Origin: Firmicutes bacterium UBA993
Lineage (GTDB): Bacteria > Bacillota > Dethiobacteria > DTU022
DNA length: 47,226 nucleotides
Reading direction: 5' to 3'
NCBI GenBank assembly: GCA_002292015.1
Contig: DBBD01000122.1
Coordinates: 1 to 47,226 of the forward strand
Below, piece by piece: positions 17,837 through 26,599 of the stretch (positions are counted from its first letter, which is position 1; the number at the start of each line of letters is the position of its first letter). The translations under genes and the position numbers were made by a program. Below the pieces are notes generated by a model. That model was given only the letters and a program-made list of their open reading frames with translations, did no database searches and was not told the origin of the DNA.

Positions 17837-19093
17837 ATGGGGAGTGATGTGATAATGAAACCAGCGATAAAACCAGGCCGCCTGGCCATCCTGCTGGCGA
17901 TCTGCCTGCTGATCCTGGCCTCCGCTTACTGGGCATTTCTGAGCGCAGCGGATAGGCAGACCGGGATTAAACGCGGTCTCGACATTGCCGGAGGGCTTTA
18001 TGTTTTGCTGGAGGCGGTTGAAACCGGTGATCAAGAGCTCGATGATGATGCTATAGAAAGAGCGATCACCGTTATCCGGATGCGGGTAGATGAACTTGGC
18101 GTTGCTGAACCGATCATTGCCGCCCAGGGTGACCGCCGCATCCGTATTGAGTTGCCCGATATCGATGAAGTTGAGCAGGCCCGCGACATTATCGGCAGAA
18201 CTGCATTGCTCAGGTTTGTCGGGCCGGATGGAGTGGAGATTGTTACCGGCGCCAATTTGGTCCGGGCCAGGGCAGAACGAAATCCTGCAATTACGCCCTA
18301 CCCTTTTGTCTCAATTGAGTTTGACCCAGAAGGGGCCGAATTGTTTGCCGACGCAACGGCCAAGTTCTTAAACGAGCCAATTGCTATCGTTCTTGACGAC
18401 GAGGTCATTTCCAGTCCGGTGGTCAGGGCGGTAATTACTGATGGGCTGGCAGTAATCGAGGGTGATTTTGAAATTGAAGAAGCGGCCAACCTGGCTTTGC
18501 TGCTGCGCAGCGGTTCATTGCCTGTCCAACTGGTAGAGCTGGAATCGCGCATGGTTGGCCCGACACTCGGGCAGCGCACGGAAGAAGTTGCCGTTTATGC
18601 TGCCGGGATCGGCCTGATTCTAATTTTTCTGTTTATGATCGTTTATTATAAGCTGGCCGGAGTAATCGCCAGCATCGCTTTGGTCTTTTACGTGGCAATG
18701 GTGTTATGGGCACTAAATTACCTGCCTACTACACTAACCTTGCCCGGTATTGCCGGTCTAATTCTTTCAATTGGCATGGCTGTTGATGCCAACGTAATAA
18801 TTTTCGAAAGGATTAAGGACGAGTTGCGTGCCGGCCGTACCCCGCGCAGTTCCTTAGAAAGCGGTTTTCAGAGTGCTTTCCGGGCCATTCTCGATGCAAA
18901 TGTGACTACTTTGATCGTGACTGTGGTTCTATTTAGTCTGGCGAGCGGTCCGGTCAGAGGCTTTGCCGTGACCCTCACCATTGGTATTGTCTGCAGCATG
19001 TTTACCGCAATTGTCCTGACCCGCCTGTTGATGCGTCTTGCTTTCCAAGCCGGGTTGATCCGCAGCGGGGCTTATGTGGGGGTGAAAGGATAA
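17837..19093 (+). CDS. secD: protein translocase subunit SecD
   Basis: 418 aa. It has an N-terminal TM segment, a periplasmic P1-like domain and six C-terminal TM segments with 'LPGIAGLILSIGMAVDANVIIFERIKDE'. An alternative start at ATG 17855 lies behind GGGGAG. Confidence 0.92.
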   Translation: MGSDVIMKPAIKPGRLAILLAICLLILASAYWAFLSAADRQTGIKRGLDIAGGLYVLLEAVETGDQELDDDAIERAITVIRMRVDELGVAEPIIAAQGDRRIRIELPDIDEVEQARDIIGRTALLRFVGPDGVEIVTGANLVRARAERNPAITPYPFVSIEFDPEGAELFADATAKFLNEPIAIVLDDEVISSPVVRAVITDGLAVIEGDFEIEEAANLALLLRSGSLPVQLVELESRMVGPTLGQRTEEVAVYAAGIGLILIFLFMIVYYKLAGVIASIALVFYVAMVLWALNYLPTTLTLPGIAGLILSIGMAVDANVIIFERIKDELRAGRTPRSSLESGFQSAFRAILDANVTTLIVTVVLFSLASGPVRGFAVTLTIGIVCSMFTAIVLTRLLMRLAFQAGLIRSGAYVGVKG

Positions 19094-20013
19094 TGATTAA
19101 CTTTATTGGTAATCGCCGCAAGGCCTATCTTCTGTCATCGCTTCTGGTCATTGCCGGTCTGGTTTCGCTCGTCTTTTACGGCCTTAATTTAGGTATTGAC
19201 TTTACCGGAGGCACCGTGTTGCATCTAAATCTCGGTGAAGAATTTTCAATGGGGGAAGTTCAATCAGTTCTTGATCAATTTGAAGAACTTGAGGGAGCGT
19301 TAGTCCAGATGGTTCAGGGCCGTGATATTACCGGAGAACTGGCCGAGGAGGGACTGGTTGTTAAAGCCCCTTTTATTGAAGAAAGCCGGCGAAACGAGCT
19401 GATGGATGCTTTCCGCAGTCATTGGCCGAATATTGATCCTGATGACCTGCGCATCGAAAGCGTCGGGGCGGTCGTGGGAGGAGAGTTGACCCGCCAAGCC
19501 CTGCTTTCCCTGGCGGTGGCAATCGTGCTGATGGTTGCCTATATCACTATTCGGTTTGAGTTTAAATTTGCCATTGCTACGATTGCATCTCTTTTGCATA
19601 ACGTGGTGGTAGTGGTCGGAGTGTTTTCGATCCTGCAGATAGAGATTAACGTGCCATTTGTTGCTGCCATCCTGACAGTATTCGGCTATTCGGTAAATGA
19701 TACGATCGTGATCATTGACCGGATTCGCGAGAATATCAAGCATGCGAGGAAGAGCGACTTTGCCAAGATTGTCAACGAAAGTATCAACCAAAACCTGGTG
19801 CGCTCGATCAACACGTCGCTCACTACCCTTTTTGTATTGATATCCCTGCTCATCGGCTTTAACTATTTTATCGGCAGTGTTGATCTGATCGTTTTCGTGA
19901 TTGCCCTGATTATCGGGGTCCTGGTCGGTACTTACTCGTCGATCTTCGTTGCCAGCCCGTTGTGGCTTAACCTACAGGAAGCTCAATTAAGGAAAGTAAA
20001 GCGGGGCAAGTAA
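19093..20013 (+). CDS. secF: protein translocase subunit SecF
   Basis: 306 aa. It carries 'GIDFTGGT' and 'FGYSVNDTIVIIDRIREN'. Its ATG overlaps the secD stop (TAATG). Confidence 0.92.
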   Translation: MINFIGNRRKAYLLSSLLVIAGLVSLVFYGLNLGIDFTGGTVLHLNLGEEFSMGEVQSVLDQFEELEGALVQMVQGRDITGELAEEGLVVKAPFIEESRRNELMDAFRSHWPNIDPDDLRIESVGAVVGGELTRQALLSLAVAIVLMVAYITIRFEFKFAIATIASLLHNVVVVVGVFSILQIEINVPFVAAILTVFGYSVNDTIVIIDRIRENIKHARKSDFAKIVNESINQNLVRSINTSLTTLFVLISLLIGFNYFIGSVDLIVFVIALIIGVLVGTYSSIFVASPLWLNLQEAQLRKVKRGK

Positions 20014-20026
20014 GCGGAGGGGGAAT

Positions 20027-20086
20027 ATGGTTATAGATTTACCTGAACTTTGGCCCTATCGGCAGCTCGGTGGGGTTCGCGGATGA
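20027..20086 (+). CDS. possible 19-aa upstream ORF translationally coupled to recJ
   Basis: A strong GGAGG (20016-20020) lies 6 nt before ATG 20027. The ORF encodes MVIDLPELWPYRQLGGVRG and its TGA overlaps the recJ ATG (ATGA at 20083-20086). I recognise no homology. Confidence 0.25.
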   Translation: MVIDLPELWPYRQLGGVRG

Positions 20087-22536
20087 ACTTAACAAATCTG
20101 CCTTGGAACTGGCCTGCTGAGGATCCGGTGCAGTTTTTGAATCTGGCCCGGGAGGCGGAAATTTCCCCGGTCTTGGCCCGTTTGCTGATCAATCGCGGCA
20201 TCACCGATGCCGAAAATGCACGGGCCTTTTTATACTCTTCTGCTGGCGACCTTTACTCCCCCTGGTTGATGTGCGGGATGTGCAAAGCTGTTAAGCGGAT
20301 CCAAGCGGCGCTTAAAAGTGGAGAAAAAATTACAGTGTACGGCGACTACGATGCTGACGGGATTACCGCGGCAACAATTTTAGTTGAAGCGCTGCAAACT
20401 CTTGGTGGTGAGGTCAATTATTATTTGCCTAGCCGTTTCGATGAAGGTTACGGTCTGCACGGCGAGCCGCTGAAACGCTTCAAAGAAGAGGGGGTCGGCC
20501 TGGTGATTACCGTTGACTGCGGAATCAACGCCCTGGCCGAGATTATTTTCGCGACCGAAATTGGCCTCGACCTGATCATAACCGACCATCACCAACAGCT
20601 GGTAGAACTCCCGAAAACAGTTACAGTAGTTAATCCTCTGCAGGATGCCTGTTCGTACCCCTTTAAAGAGCTCTCTGGCGCCGGTATTGCGTTTAAGCTG
20701 GCCTGTGCCCTTTTCGAAGAGCATAAACTGCCATTTCCTGAATCGCTTCTCGACCTGGCCGCTTTGGGCACGGCGGCTGATGTGGTGCCGCTGGTCGATG
20801 AAAACCGGATTCTGGTTGCCGCCGGCCTGGCAGTGCTGCGCAGGCTGGAGAGGGTCGGTTTCAAGGCCCTGGCTAGTGCGGTCAGCCTTGAACAGAGCAG
20901 AATTGACAGCAGGGCGCTTAGTTTTACCCTGGCCCCGATGATTAACGCAGCTGGACGAATGGGCGAAGCAGATCCGGCGGCCAGGCTGCTGCTTGAAAAA
21001 GAACCGTTGGAAGCGCAAAAATTGGCTGCGCATCTGCACCGGCTTAATCAGCAACGCCGCTCTATAGAGCAGGAAATTCTTAAAGAGTCTGCAGCCGCAG
21101 CCTCAGAGCTGCTGGAGAGAAGCGATCAAGCGGTCATTACACTGGCTTCCGATCGTTGGCATCACGGTGTAATCGGGATCGTAGCATCGCGCTTGGTTGA
21201 AAAATTCGGAAGACCGGTAGCGTTGATTGCACTGGAAAATGGCGAAGGTAGAGGATCTGCCCGCAGCGTTCCCGGTTTTGATATTACTGCTGCCCTCGCT
21301 GCCCAGGCAGACATGCTTATAAAATTCGGTGGCCACGAACAGGCTGCCGGTTTTAGGCTCAAGAGGGAAAGTGTGAACGCCCTGCGGGAAGGTATAAACC
21401 GTTATGCTTATCAAAATGAATTGTTCTGTAAACTGAAACCTCGCCTGGATCTCGAAGCCGAGTTGAGCACAGAAGAAATTAACCTCGAACTTGCGGCCGC
21501 CCTAGAACAGTTCGAACCCTTTGGACAGGATAACCCTGAGCCGCTTTTCGGCAGCCGGCAGTGGGAAGTATCAGGCTGGAGATTGGTTGGTGCCGACAAA
21601 AGACATCTTAAACTGGATGTGAAGAAGGGATCTAAAAAGTTTTCACCGGTTTTTTTCTCCGGAGTGATATTCGAACCGGCACTTGAAAAGGGGAGGCGGG
21701 TAGATCTTGCCTTCAGGTTGAAAAAAGGCTATTTCAAGGGAGAGAAAACACTTGACCTGTTGCTGAAGGCTTTTCGTTATTCAGATAACTTCCGGTCAGA
21801 GAACATGGAACTGATTGACAGCCGCAACAGCACTGACCGGGAAGGCCGTTTAAAGCAGCTGCTATCATCAGCGCAGGGAGAGGGAGTAACGACAGCGATT
21901 TTTTGTACCACCAGAAAAAGGGCGGAAAAATTACGAAACCTCATCACGAACAACAGGCAGTCGCAGGTTATTACCGGGGGGGATTTAAACAGCCCTGCAC
22001 CGTATCCGGTTGAAGCAGAACGATTGATCATTTACGATCTGCCAATCAGGGAAGAACAGGTTAGATCGCTAATTGGCGATAACGGCGCGTCTAATTCGCT
22101 AAAGATCCACCTTCTCTTCGGTGGTGAAGATCTTGAGCTAAACCGGAGGATGCTGGATGCCTCACTTCCATCAGCCGGGCATTTGGAAACAATCTGGGAA
22201 GCGCTCTGCGCAGGAATTAGTGTATTTGACTTCAAGGATCTTCCAGGCAGTAAAAACAGCCTTTTCCCCTACGAACCGCTGACTCGCTTTTGGGAAAAAG
22301 CAGAGCTGATTTTCTCCGAGTGCGGCCTGCTGCAGAAGGGGCAGCCTAAAGCGTCAGCGGACTGTGTGGGTTTAAAGCTGCCGGAGCTGTTCACTCTTTC
22401 CCCAACTTTCCTGGAAAGCCGGCACTTACGCGAAGCCAGTGAAATGTTTCAGCAATTTTTCCTCACCGGTTCCCTTGAAGAATTAGCAGCAGCGCTGATT
22501 ATTCCCGCTCATGGGGACGCCGGCCATAGTAATTAA
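20083..22536 (+). CDS. recJ: single-stranded-DNA-specific exonuclease RecJ
   Basis: The DHH motifs 'VYGDYDADGITA', 'VITVDCG' and 'IITDHHQ' and the DHHA1 motif 'FGGHEQAAGF' are present. The N-terminus 'MNLTNLPWNWPAEDP...ISPVLARLLINRGI' matches where RecJ homologues begin. The ORF track opens at TTG 20050. A ~250-aa C-terminal extension has no function I can assign. Confidence 0.92.
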   Translation: MNLTNLPWNWPAEDPVQFLNLAREAEISPVLARLLINRGITDAENARAFLYSSAGDLYSPWLMCGMCKAVKRIQAALKSGEKITVYGDYDADGITAATILVEALQTLGGEVNYYLPSRFDEGYGLHGEPLKRFKEEGVGLVITVDCGINALAEIIFATEIGLDLIITDHHQQLVELPKTVTVVNPLQDACSYPFKELSGAGIAFKLACALFEEHKLPFPESLLDLAALGTAADVVPLVDENRILVAAGLAVLRRLERVGFKALASAVSLEQSRIDSRALSFTLAPMINAAGRMGEADPAARLLLEKEPLEAQKLAAHLHRLNQQRRSIEQEILKESAAAASELLERSDQAVITLASDRWHHGVIGIVASRLVEKFGRPVALIALENGEGRGSARSVPGFDITAALAAQADMLIKFGGHEQAAGFRLKRESVNALREGINRYAYQNELFCKLKPRLDLEAELSTEEINLELAAALEQFEPFGQDNPEPLFGSRQWEVSGWRLVGADKRHLKLDVKKGSKKFSPVFFSGVIFEPALEKGRRVDLAFRLKKGYFKGEKTLDLLLKAFRYSDNFRSENMELIDSRNSTDREGRLKQLLSSAQGEGVTTAIFCTTRKRAEKLRNLITNNRQSQVITGGDLNSPAPYPVEAERLIIYDLPIREEQVRSLIGDNGASNSLKIHLLFGGEDLELNRRMLDASLPSAGHLETIWEALCAGISVFDFKDLPGSKNSLFPYEPLTRFWEKAELIFSECGLLQKGQPKASADCVGLKLPELFTLSPTFLESRHLREASEMFQQFFLTGSLEELAAALIIPAHGDAGHSN

Positions 22537-22557
22537 GACCCCTTTTTAGTAATATAG

Positions 22558-24783
22558 ATGGTAACGTTGATTTCCCGGGGAATTATGGCCATGGTTGTAA
22601 AAGAAAAAAAATTAAGTGACCTTAAAAGAGCAATTCAGCGTTATTACCCAAGGCTGGAAGACTGGGCTATGGTCGAGAAAGCTTACAACTATTCGCAAGA
22701 TGCCCACGGCGGCCAGCTGCGCGAATCTGGTGAATCTTATATTATCCACCCGCTCGGAGTGGTCATGATCCTGGCCGAACTGGAACTGGACCTGGTGACC
22801 ATTGTGGCCGGCTTGCTGCACGATGTTGTGGAAGATACCAATGTAACGCTTGAAGATATTGGTCGGGAGTTTGGTGCTGAGGTGGCGTCACTAGTCGACG
22901 GGGTTACCAAGCTGAGCCGTCTCGACTTCACTTCAAAGGAAGAACAGCAGGCAGAAACGCTGCGTAAGATGTTCATTGCCATGGCCCAGGATATCAGGGT
23001 GGTAATGATCAAGTTGGCTGATCGGACCCATAACCTGCGCACCCTACGTTACCTCAATACCGACAAACAGAAGGAAATCGCCCGTGAAACTTTGGAGATT
23101 TATGCCCCTTTAGCCCATCGTCTCGGGATTTACATGATTAAGTGGGAGCTTGAAGACCTGGCTTTTCGTTACATGCAGCCTGAGGAATATTTTCAGCTAG
23201 TGGAGAAACTGGCTAAAAAGAGGCGGGAGCGGGAGCATTTTATAAACCGGATCATCTGGGTCCTGCAGGATCAATTGGCGGAAGCTGCAATCAAGGCTGA
23301 AATCCAGGGTCGGCCGAAGCATCTTTTCAGCATTTACAATAAGATGAAGGCCCAGAGTAAGGACCTAAGCGAAATCTATGACCTAACTGCGGTTAGGATT
23401 ATCGTCGATTCGGTAAAAGATTGCTATCATACACTGGGCATTGTTCATACGGTTTGGAAACCGATCCCCGGTCGTTTCAAAGATTTTATCGCCATGCCGA
23501 AGCCGAACATGTACCAATCGCTTCACACTACGGTATTTGCCGCCGAAAATGAATTGGCTGAAATTCAGATCAGAACCTGGGATATGCATCGGACTGCTGA
23601 ATATGGGATTGCCGCGCACTGGCGGTACAAGGAAAAACTTAAGAATTCCGACGAACTGGATCAAAAACTGGTCTGGCTGAGGCAACTGCTGGAGTGGCAG
23701 CATGATTACCGCGATGCCCGGGAATTTATTAAAGATCTAAAGGGTGACCTTTTTACCGATGAGGTTTTCGTTTTTACTCCCAAGGGAGATGTTTTAGACC
23801 TGCCTGCCGGCTCGGTAACAATTGACTTTGCCTATAAAATTCACACCGATGTGGGTAATCGCTGTACCGGGTCCAGGGTTAACGGCAGGCTGGTGCCGCT
23901 TGACTACCAACTGAAAACCGGCGACATGGTGGAGGTGATCGTTTCCAAAAGCGGATCGCCGAGCCGTGACTGGCTCAACTTGGTTAAAACCAACCAGGCT
24001 AAGAGTAAAATCCGCAGCTGGTTTAAAAAAGAGCGCCGGGAAGAAAATATTGAAAAAGGGAAAGAGATGCTGGAGCGTGAGATTCGCAGGATCAATGTGG
24101 AGCAGCGCCTGGCGATTAAGCACGATCTGCTGGAAGATGTAGGGCGTTCTTTCAACCTGGTGTCGGTGGACGATCTATATGCAGCGGTTGGTTACGGTGG
24201 GGTTTCAGTTCATCAGGCAATCAGCCGTCTGCGTGAGGAGCATAACCGCAAAAAGGGCGAAAAAGAAGAAACAGAGGTGCTGCCGGAGCTTAAGCCGGTG
24301 AAGCGGATCAAATCGGGGCCTGCCGGGGTATCAATTTCTGGGATGGACAACCTTCTGATGCGGGTGGCCCGCTGCTGTAACCCGGTTCCCGGTGATGACA
24401 TAATCGGTTTTATTACCAGGGGACGGGGGGTGACTATTCACCGCCGCGACTGCCCGAATCTGGTTCACTACAGCGCCGATAATGGACGTTTTATTAATGC
24501 TTCCTGGGATAGCATTGTGACTGCCTCCTACCCGGTTGATGTTGAGATTTCGGCTAACGACCGTAAAAATTTGCTTTCAGATATTATGGCCGCAGTTAAC
24601 GAGAGTAAAGTTGATATTACCGCTGTTTCGGCCAGAGCCGATAAAAACAGGATTGCCACGATCTACCTGACTATGGTGGTGCGCGATCAGGTTCATCTGG
24701 AACAGATCATGAGCAAAATCAAGAAGATCAGGGATGTTTGCACAGTCCGGCGCTATGTATACGGGTCGAACAATAACAAATAA
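22558..24783 (+). CDS. relA: bifunctional (p)ppGpp synthetase/hydrolase (RelA/SpoT homologue)
   Basis: The hydrolase HD motif is 'SGESYIIHP...LLHDVVEDT' and the synthetase motif is 'RFKDFIAMPKPNMYQSLHTTV'. TGS ('VFVFTPKGDVLDLPAGS') and C-terminal ACT-like regions follow. The start could instead be ATG 22585. Confidence 0.93.
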   Translation: MVTLISRGIMAMVVKEKKLSDLKRAIQRYYPRLEDWAMVEKAYNYSQDAHGGQLRESGESYIIHPLGVVMILAELELDLVTIVAGLLHDVVEDTNVTLEDIGREFGAEVASLVDGVTKLSRLDFTSKEEQQAETLRKMFIAMAQDIRVVMIKLADRTHNLRTLRYLNTDKQKEIARETLEIYAPLAHRLGIYMIKWELEDLAFRYMQPEEYFQLVEKLAKKRREREHFINRIIWVLQDQLAEAAIKAEIQGRPKHLFSIYNKMKAQSKDLSEIYDLTAVRIIVDSVKDCYHTLGIVHTVWKPIPGRFKDFIAMPKPNMYQSLHTTVFAAENELAEIQIRTWDMHRTAEYGIAAHWRYKEKLKNSDELDQKLVWLRQLLEWQHDYRDAREFIKDLKGDLFTDEVFVFTPKGDVLDLPAGSVTIDFAYKIHTDVGNRCTGSRVNGRLVPLDYQLKTGDMVEVIVSKSGSPSRDWLNLVKTNQAKSKIRSWFKKERREENIEKGKEMLEREIRRINVEQRLAIKHDLLEDVGRSFNLVSVDDLYAAVGYGGVSVHQAISRLREEHNRKKGEKEETEVLPELKPVKRIKSGPAGVSISGMDNLLMRVARCCNPVPGDDIIGFITRGRGVTIHRRDCPNLVHYSADNGRFINASWDSIVTASYPVDVEISANDRKNLLSDIMAAVNESKVDITAVSARADKNRIATIYLTMVVRDQVHLEQIMSKIKKIRDVCTVRRYVYGSNNNK

Positions 24784-24795
24784 GGGCGGGTGCAG

Positions 24796-25245
24796 ATGAG
24801 AGCAGTCGTGCAAAGGGTGCACAGTGCAACTGTTGCGGTGGATGAAAAAATAGTCGGTACTATTGGGCCGGGCTTGGTTGTCTTCCTGGGGGTAGGCAGA
24901 GGCGACCGAGAAGCAGATGCTGATTTCCTGGCCTCAAAAATTGCGGGCTTAAGAATTTTTGAAGACGGAGCCGGATTAATGAACCTTTCAATAAAGGATA
25001 GCGGCGGAGAGGTGCTGGCTGTCTCGCAGTTTACACTTTACGCCGATTGCCGAAAAGGACGGCGCCCCGGTTTTTCCGAAGCTGCCCTGCCTGCCGAAGC
25101 GGAGAAGCTCTATGATTATTTTTGCGCGTTGCTGCACCGGGAGGGTCTAACCGTGGCAGTAGGGCGCTTTCAGGCTGAAATGAGGATTTTAGTCGATAAC
25201 AATGGGCCGGTAACGATCCTGCTTGACAGCGGGAAACTCTTTTAG
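24796..25245 (+). CDS. dtd: D-aminoacyl-tRNA deacylase
   Basis: It has the canonical N-terminus 'MRAVVQRV', plus 'VSQFTLYAD' and '[11 protein letters not shown]'. The ORF track opens two codons earlier at GTG 24790. Confidence 0.93.
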   Translation: MRAVVQRVHSATVAVDEKIVGTIGPGLVVFLGVGRGDREADADFLASKIAGLRIFEDGAGLMNLSIKDSGGEVLAVSQFTLYADCRKGRRPGFSEAALPAEAEKLYDYFCALLHREGLTVAVGRFQAEMRILVDNNGPVTILLDSGKLF

Positions 25246-25252
25246 CTATTAT
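25223..25252 (+). promoter_or_regulatory. candidate SigA-type promoter for hisS/aspS, overlapping the 3' end of dtd
   Basis: TTGACA (25223-25228), 18-nt spacer, TATTAT (25247-25252). It leaves a leader of only about 100 nt before ATG 25358. Confidence 0.5.
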
Positions 25253-25357
25253 GTTTTAGCCATTGTTCTATGCCAGCAAAAAATCGGCTATTTAAGAATA
25301 AATTTCATAACAGGCCATGATTTACAGCGCTTATTGTTGAAAAAATGGAGGCAACCA

Positions 25358-26599
25358 ATGAAGTACAAAGCACCGCGCGGCACCCGCGATATCCTACCGG
25401 ATGAAGCAGCAAAATGGCAGTATTTAGAAACGAAATACAGGGAGCTCTGTACTTTATACGGTTTCGGAGAGATCAGAACGCCTCTCTTTGAGCAGACAGA
25501 GCTTTTCGCCCGCAGCGTAGGGGAAGATAGCGATATTGTATCGAAAGAGATGTATTCTTTTAAAGATCGAAGCGGGCGTGAGCTTACCCTGCGCCCCGAA
25601 CTGACAGCACCGGTGGCCAGAGCCTACCTGGAGCACAACTTAGGTGAAAAACAACAGCCGATCAAACTTTACTACAGTGGGCCAATGTTTCGTTACGACC
25701 GGCCTCAGGCCGGGCGTTATCGCCAATTTCACCAGTTTGGCTTGGAAATATTCGGCGCTGCCCATGCGGCAGCCGATTGTGAGATAATCTCTTTTTGCTA
25801 TAACTTCTTTAAAATCCTCAACCTCAGTGATATGAGCATTGAGCTGAACAGTGTCGGTTGTCCGGTTTGCCGGCCTGCGTACCGAGAAGTATTGGTTCCC
25901 TACCTTGAAAAGTTGGAACATAATCTCTGTGCCGATTGCCGGCGCCGTTATAAAACCAATCCCTTACGGGTTCTGGACTGTAAAGAGGAGAGCTGCCAGG
26001 GGAGAGTGGCTGATGCTCCGAAGCTGATTGATCGCCTCTGTGAAGGTTGTTCTGATCATTTCTCCACGCTTAAAATACTGCTAAAGAGACTTGAAATCCC
26101 TTTCAGTTTGAACGATCGGCTGGTTCGCGGGCTCGATTACTACACCCGCACCGCCTTCGAAATCACCGCCGGCTCGCTGGGTGCCCAAGCCTCGGTTTGT
26201 GGTGGCGGCCGTTACGATTACCTGGTAGAACACCTCGGCGGACCACCAACACCGGGAGTAGGTGTTGCCTTCGGCAAGGAGAGAATTCTTTTAACCATGG
26301 ACTGGGAAAAAGAACTGCACTATCCGGGCGGTAAAATTTTTGTGGCCACCGCCGGCAGCGGTCTGGAGGGCGATGCTCTGCAACTGGCAGGAGAGCTGCG
26401 CCATCGTCATCTTGCCGCTGACACCGACCTCCTGGAGCGCAGCCTGAAAGCCCAGATGAAATATGCCGGAAAACTTGATTTTGAGAAGGTAGTGATCATC
26501 GGCGAGAATGAAATGGCTGAAGGGCTCGTTGTTCTGCGTGATATGAAAAGTGGTGAACAGCTGAAAATGACCCGTAGCGAACTGTTGTCCAACCTGGAT
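25358..26599 (+). other. hisS: HisRS module of the fused ORF
   Basis: It carries 'APRGTRDILP', 'LRPELTAP', motif 2 'YRQFHQFGLEIFG', 'CGGGRYD' and a complete anticodon-binding domain ending '...VVLRDMKSGEQLKMTRSELLSNL'. Confidence 0.9.

Noticed and set aside
25223-25357. A 45-codon N-terminal extension of the hisS ORF that overlaps the end of dtd.
   Set aside because: It contains the TTGACA-18-TATTAT promoter and shows no similarity to HisRS. HisRS homology starts exactly at ATG 25358, which has a good RBS.
25253-25357. A possible T-box leader upstream of hisS, as in Bacillus subtilis hisS-aspS.
   Set aside because: The leader is only about 100 nt long. I see no T-box motif of the (A)GGGUGGUACCGCG type, no specifier-loop architecture and no terminator/antiterminator pair.
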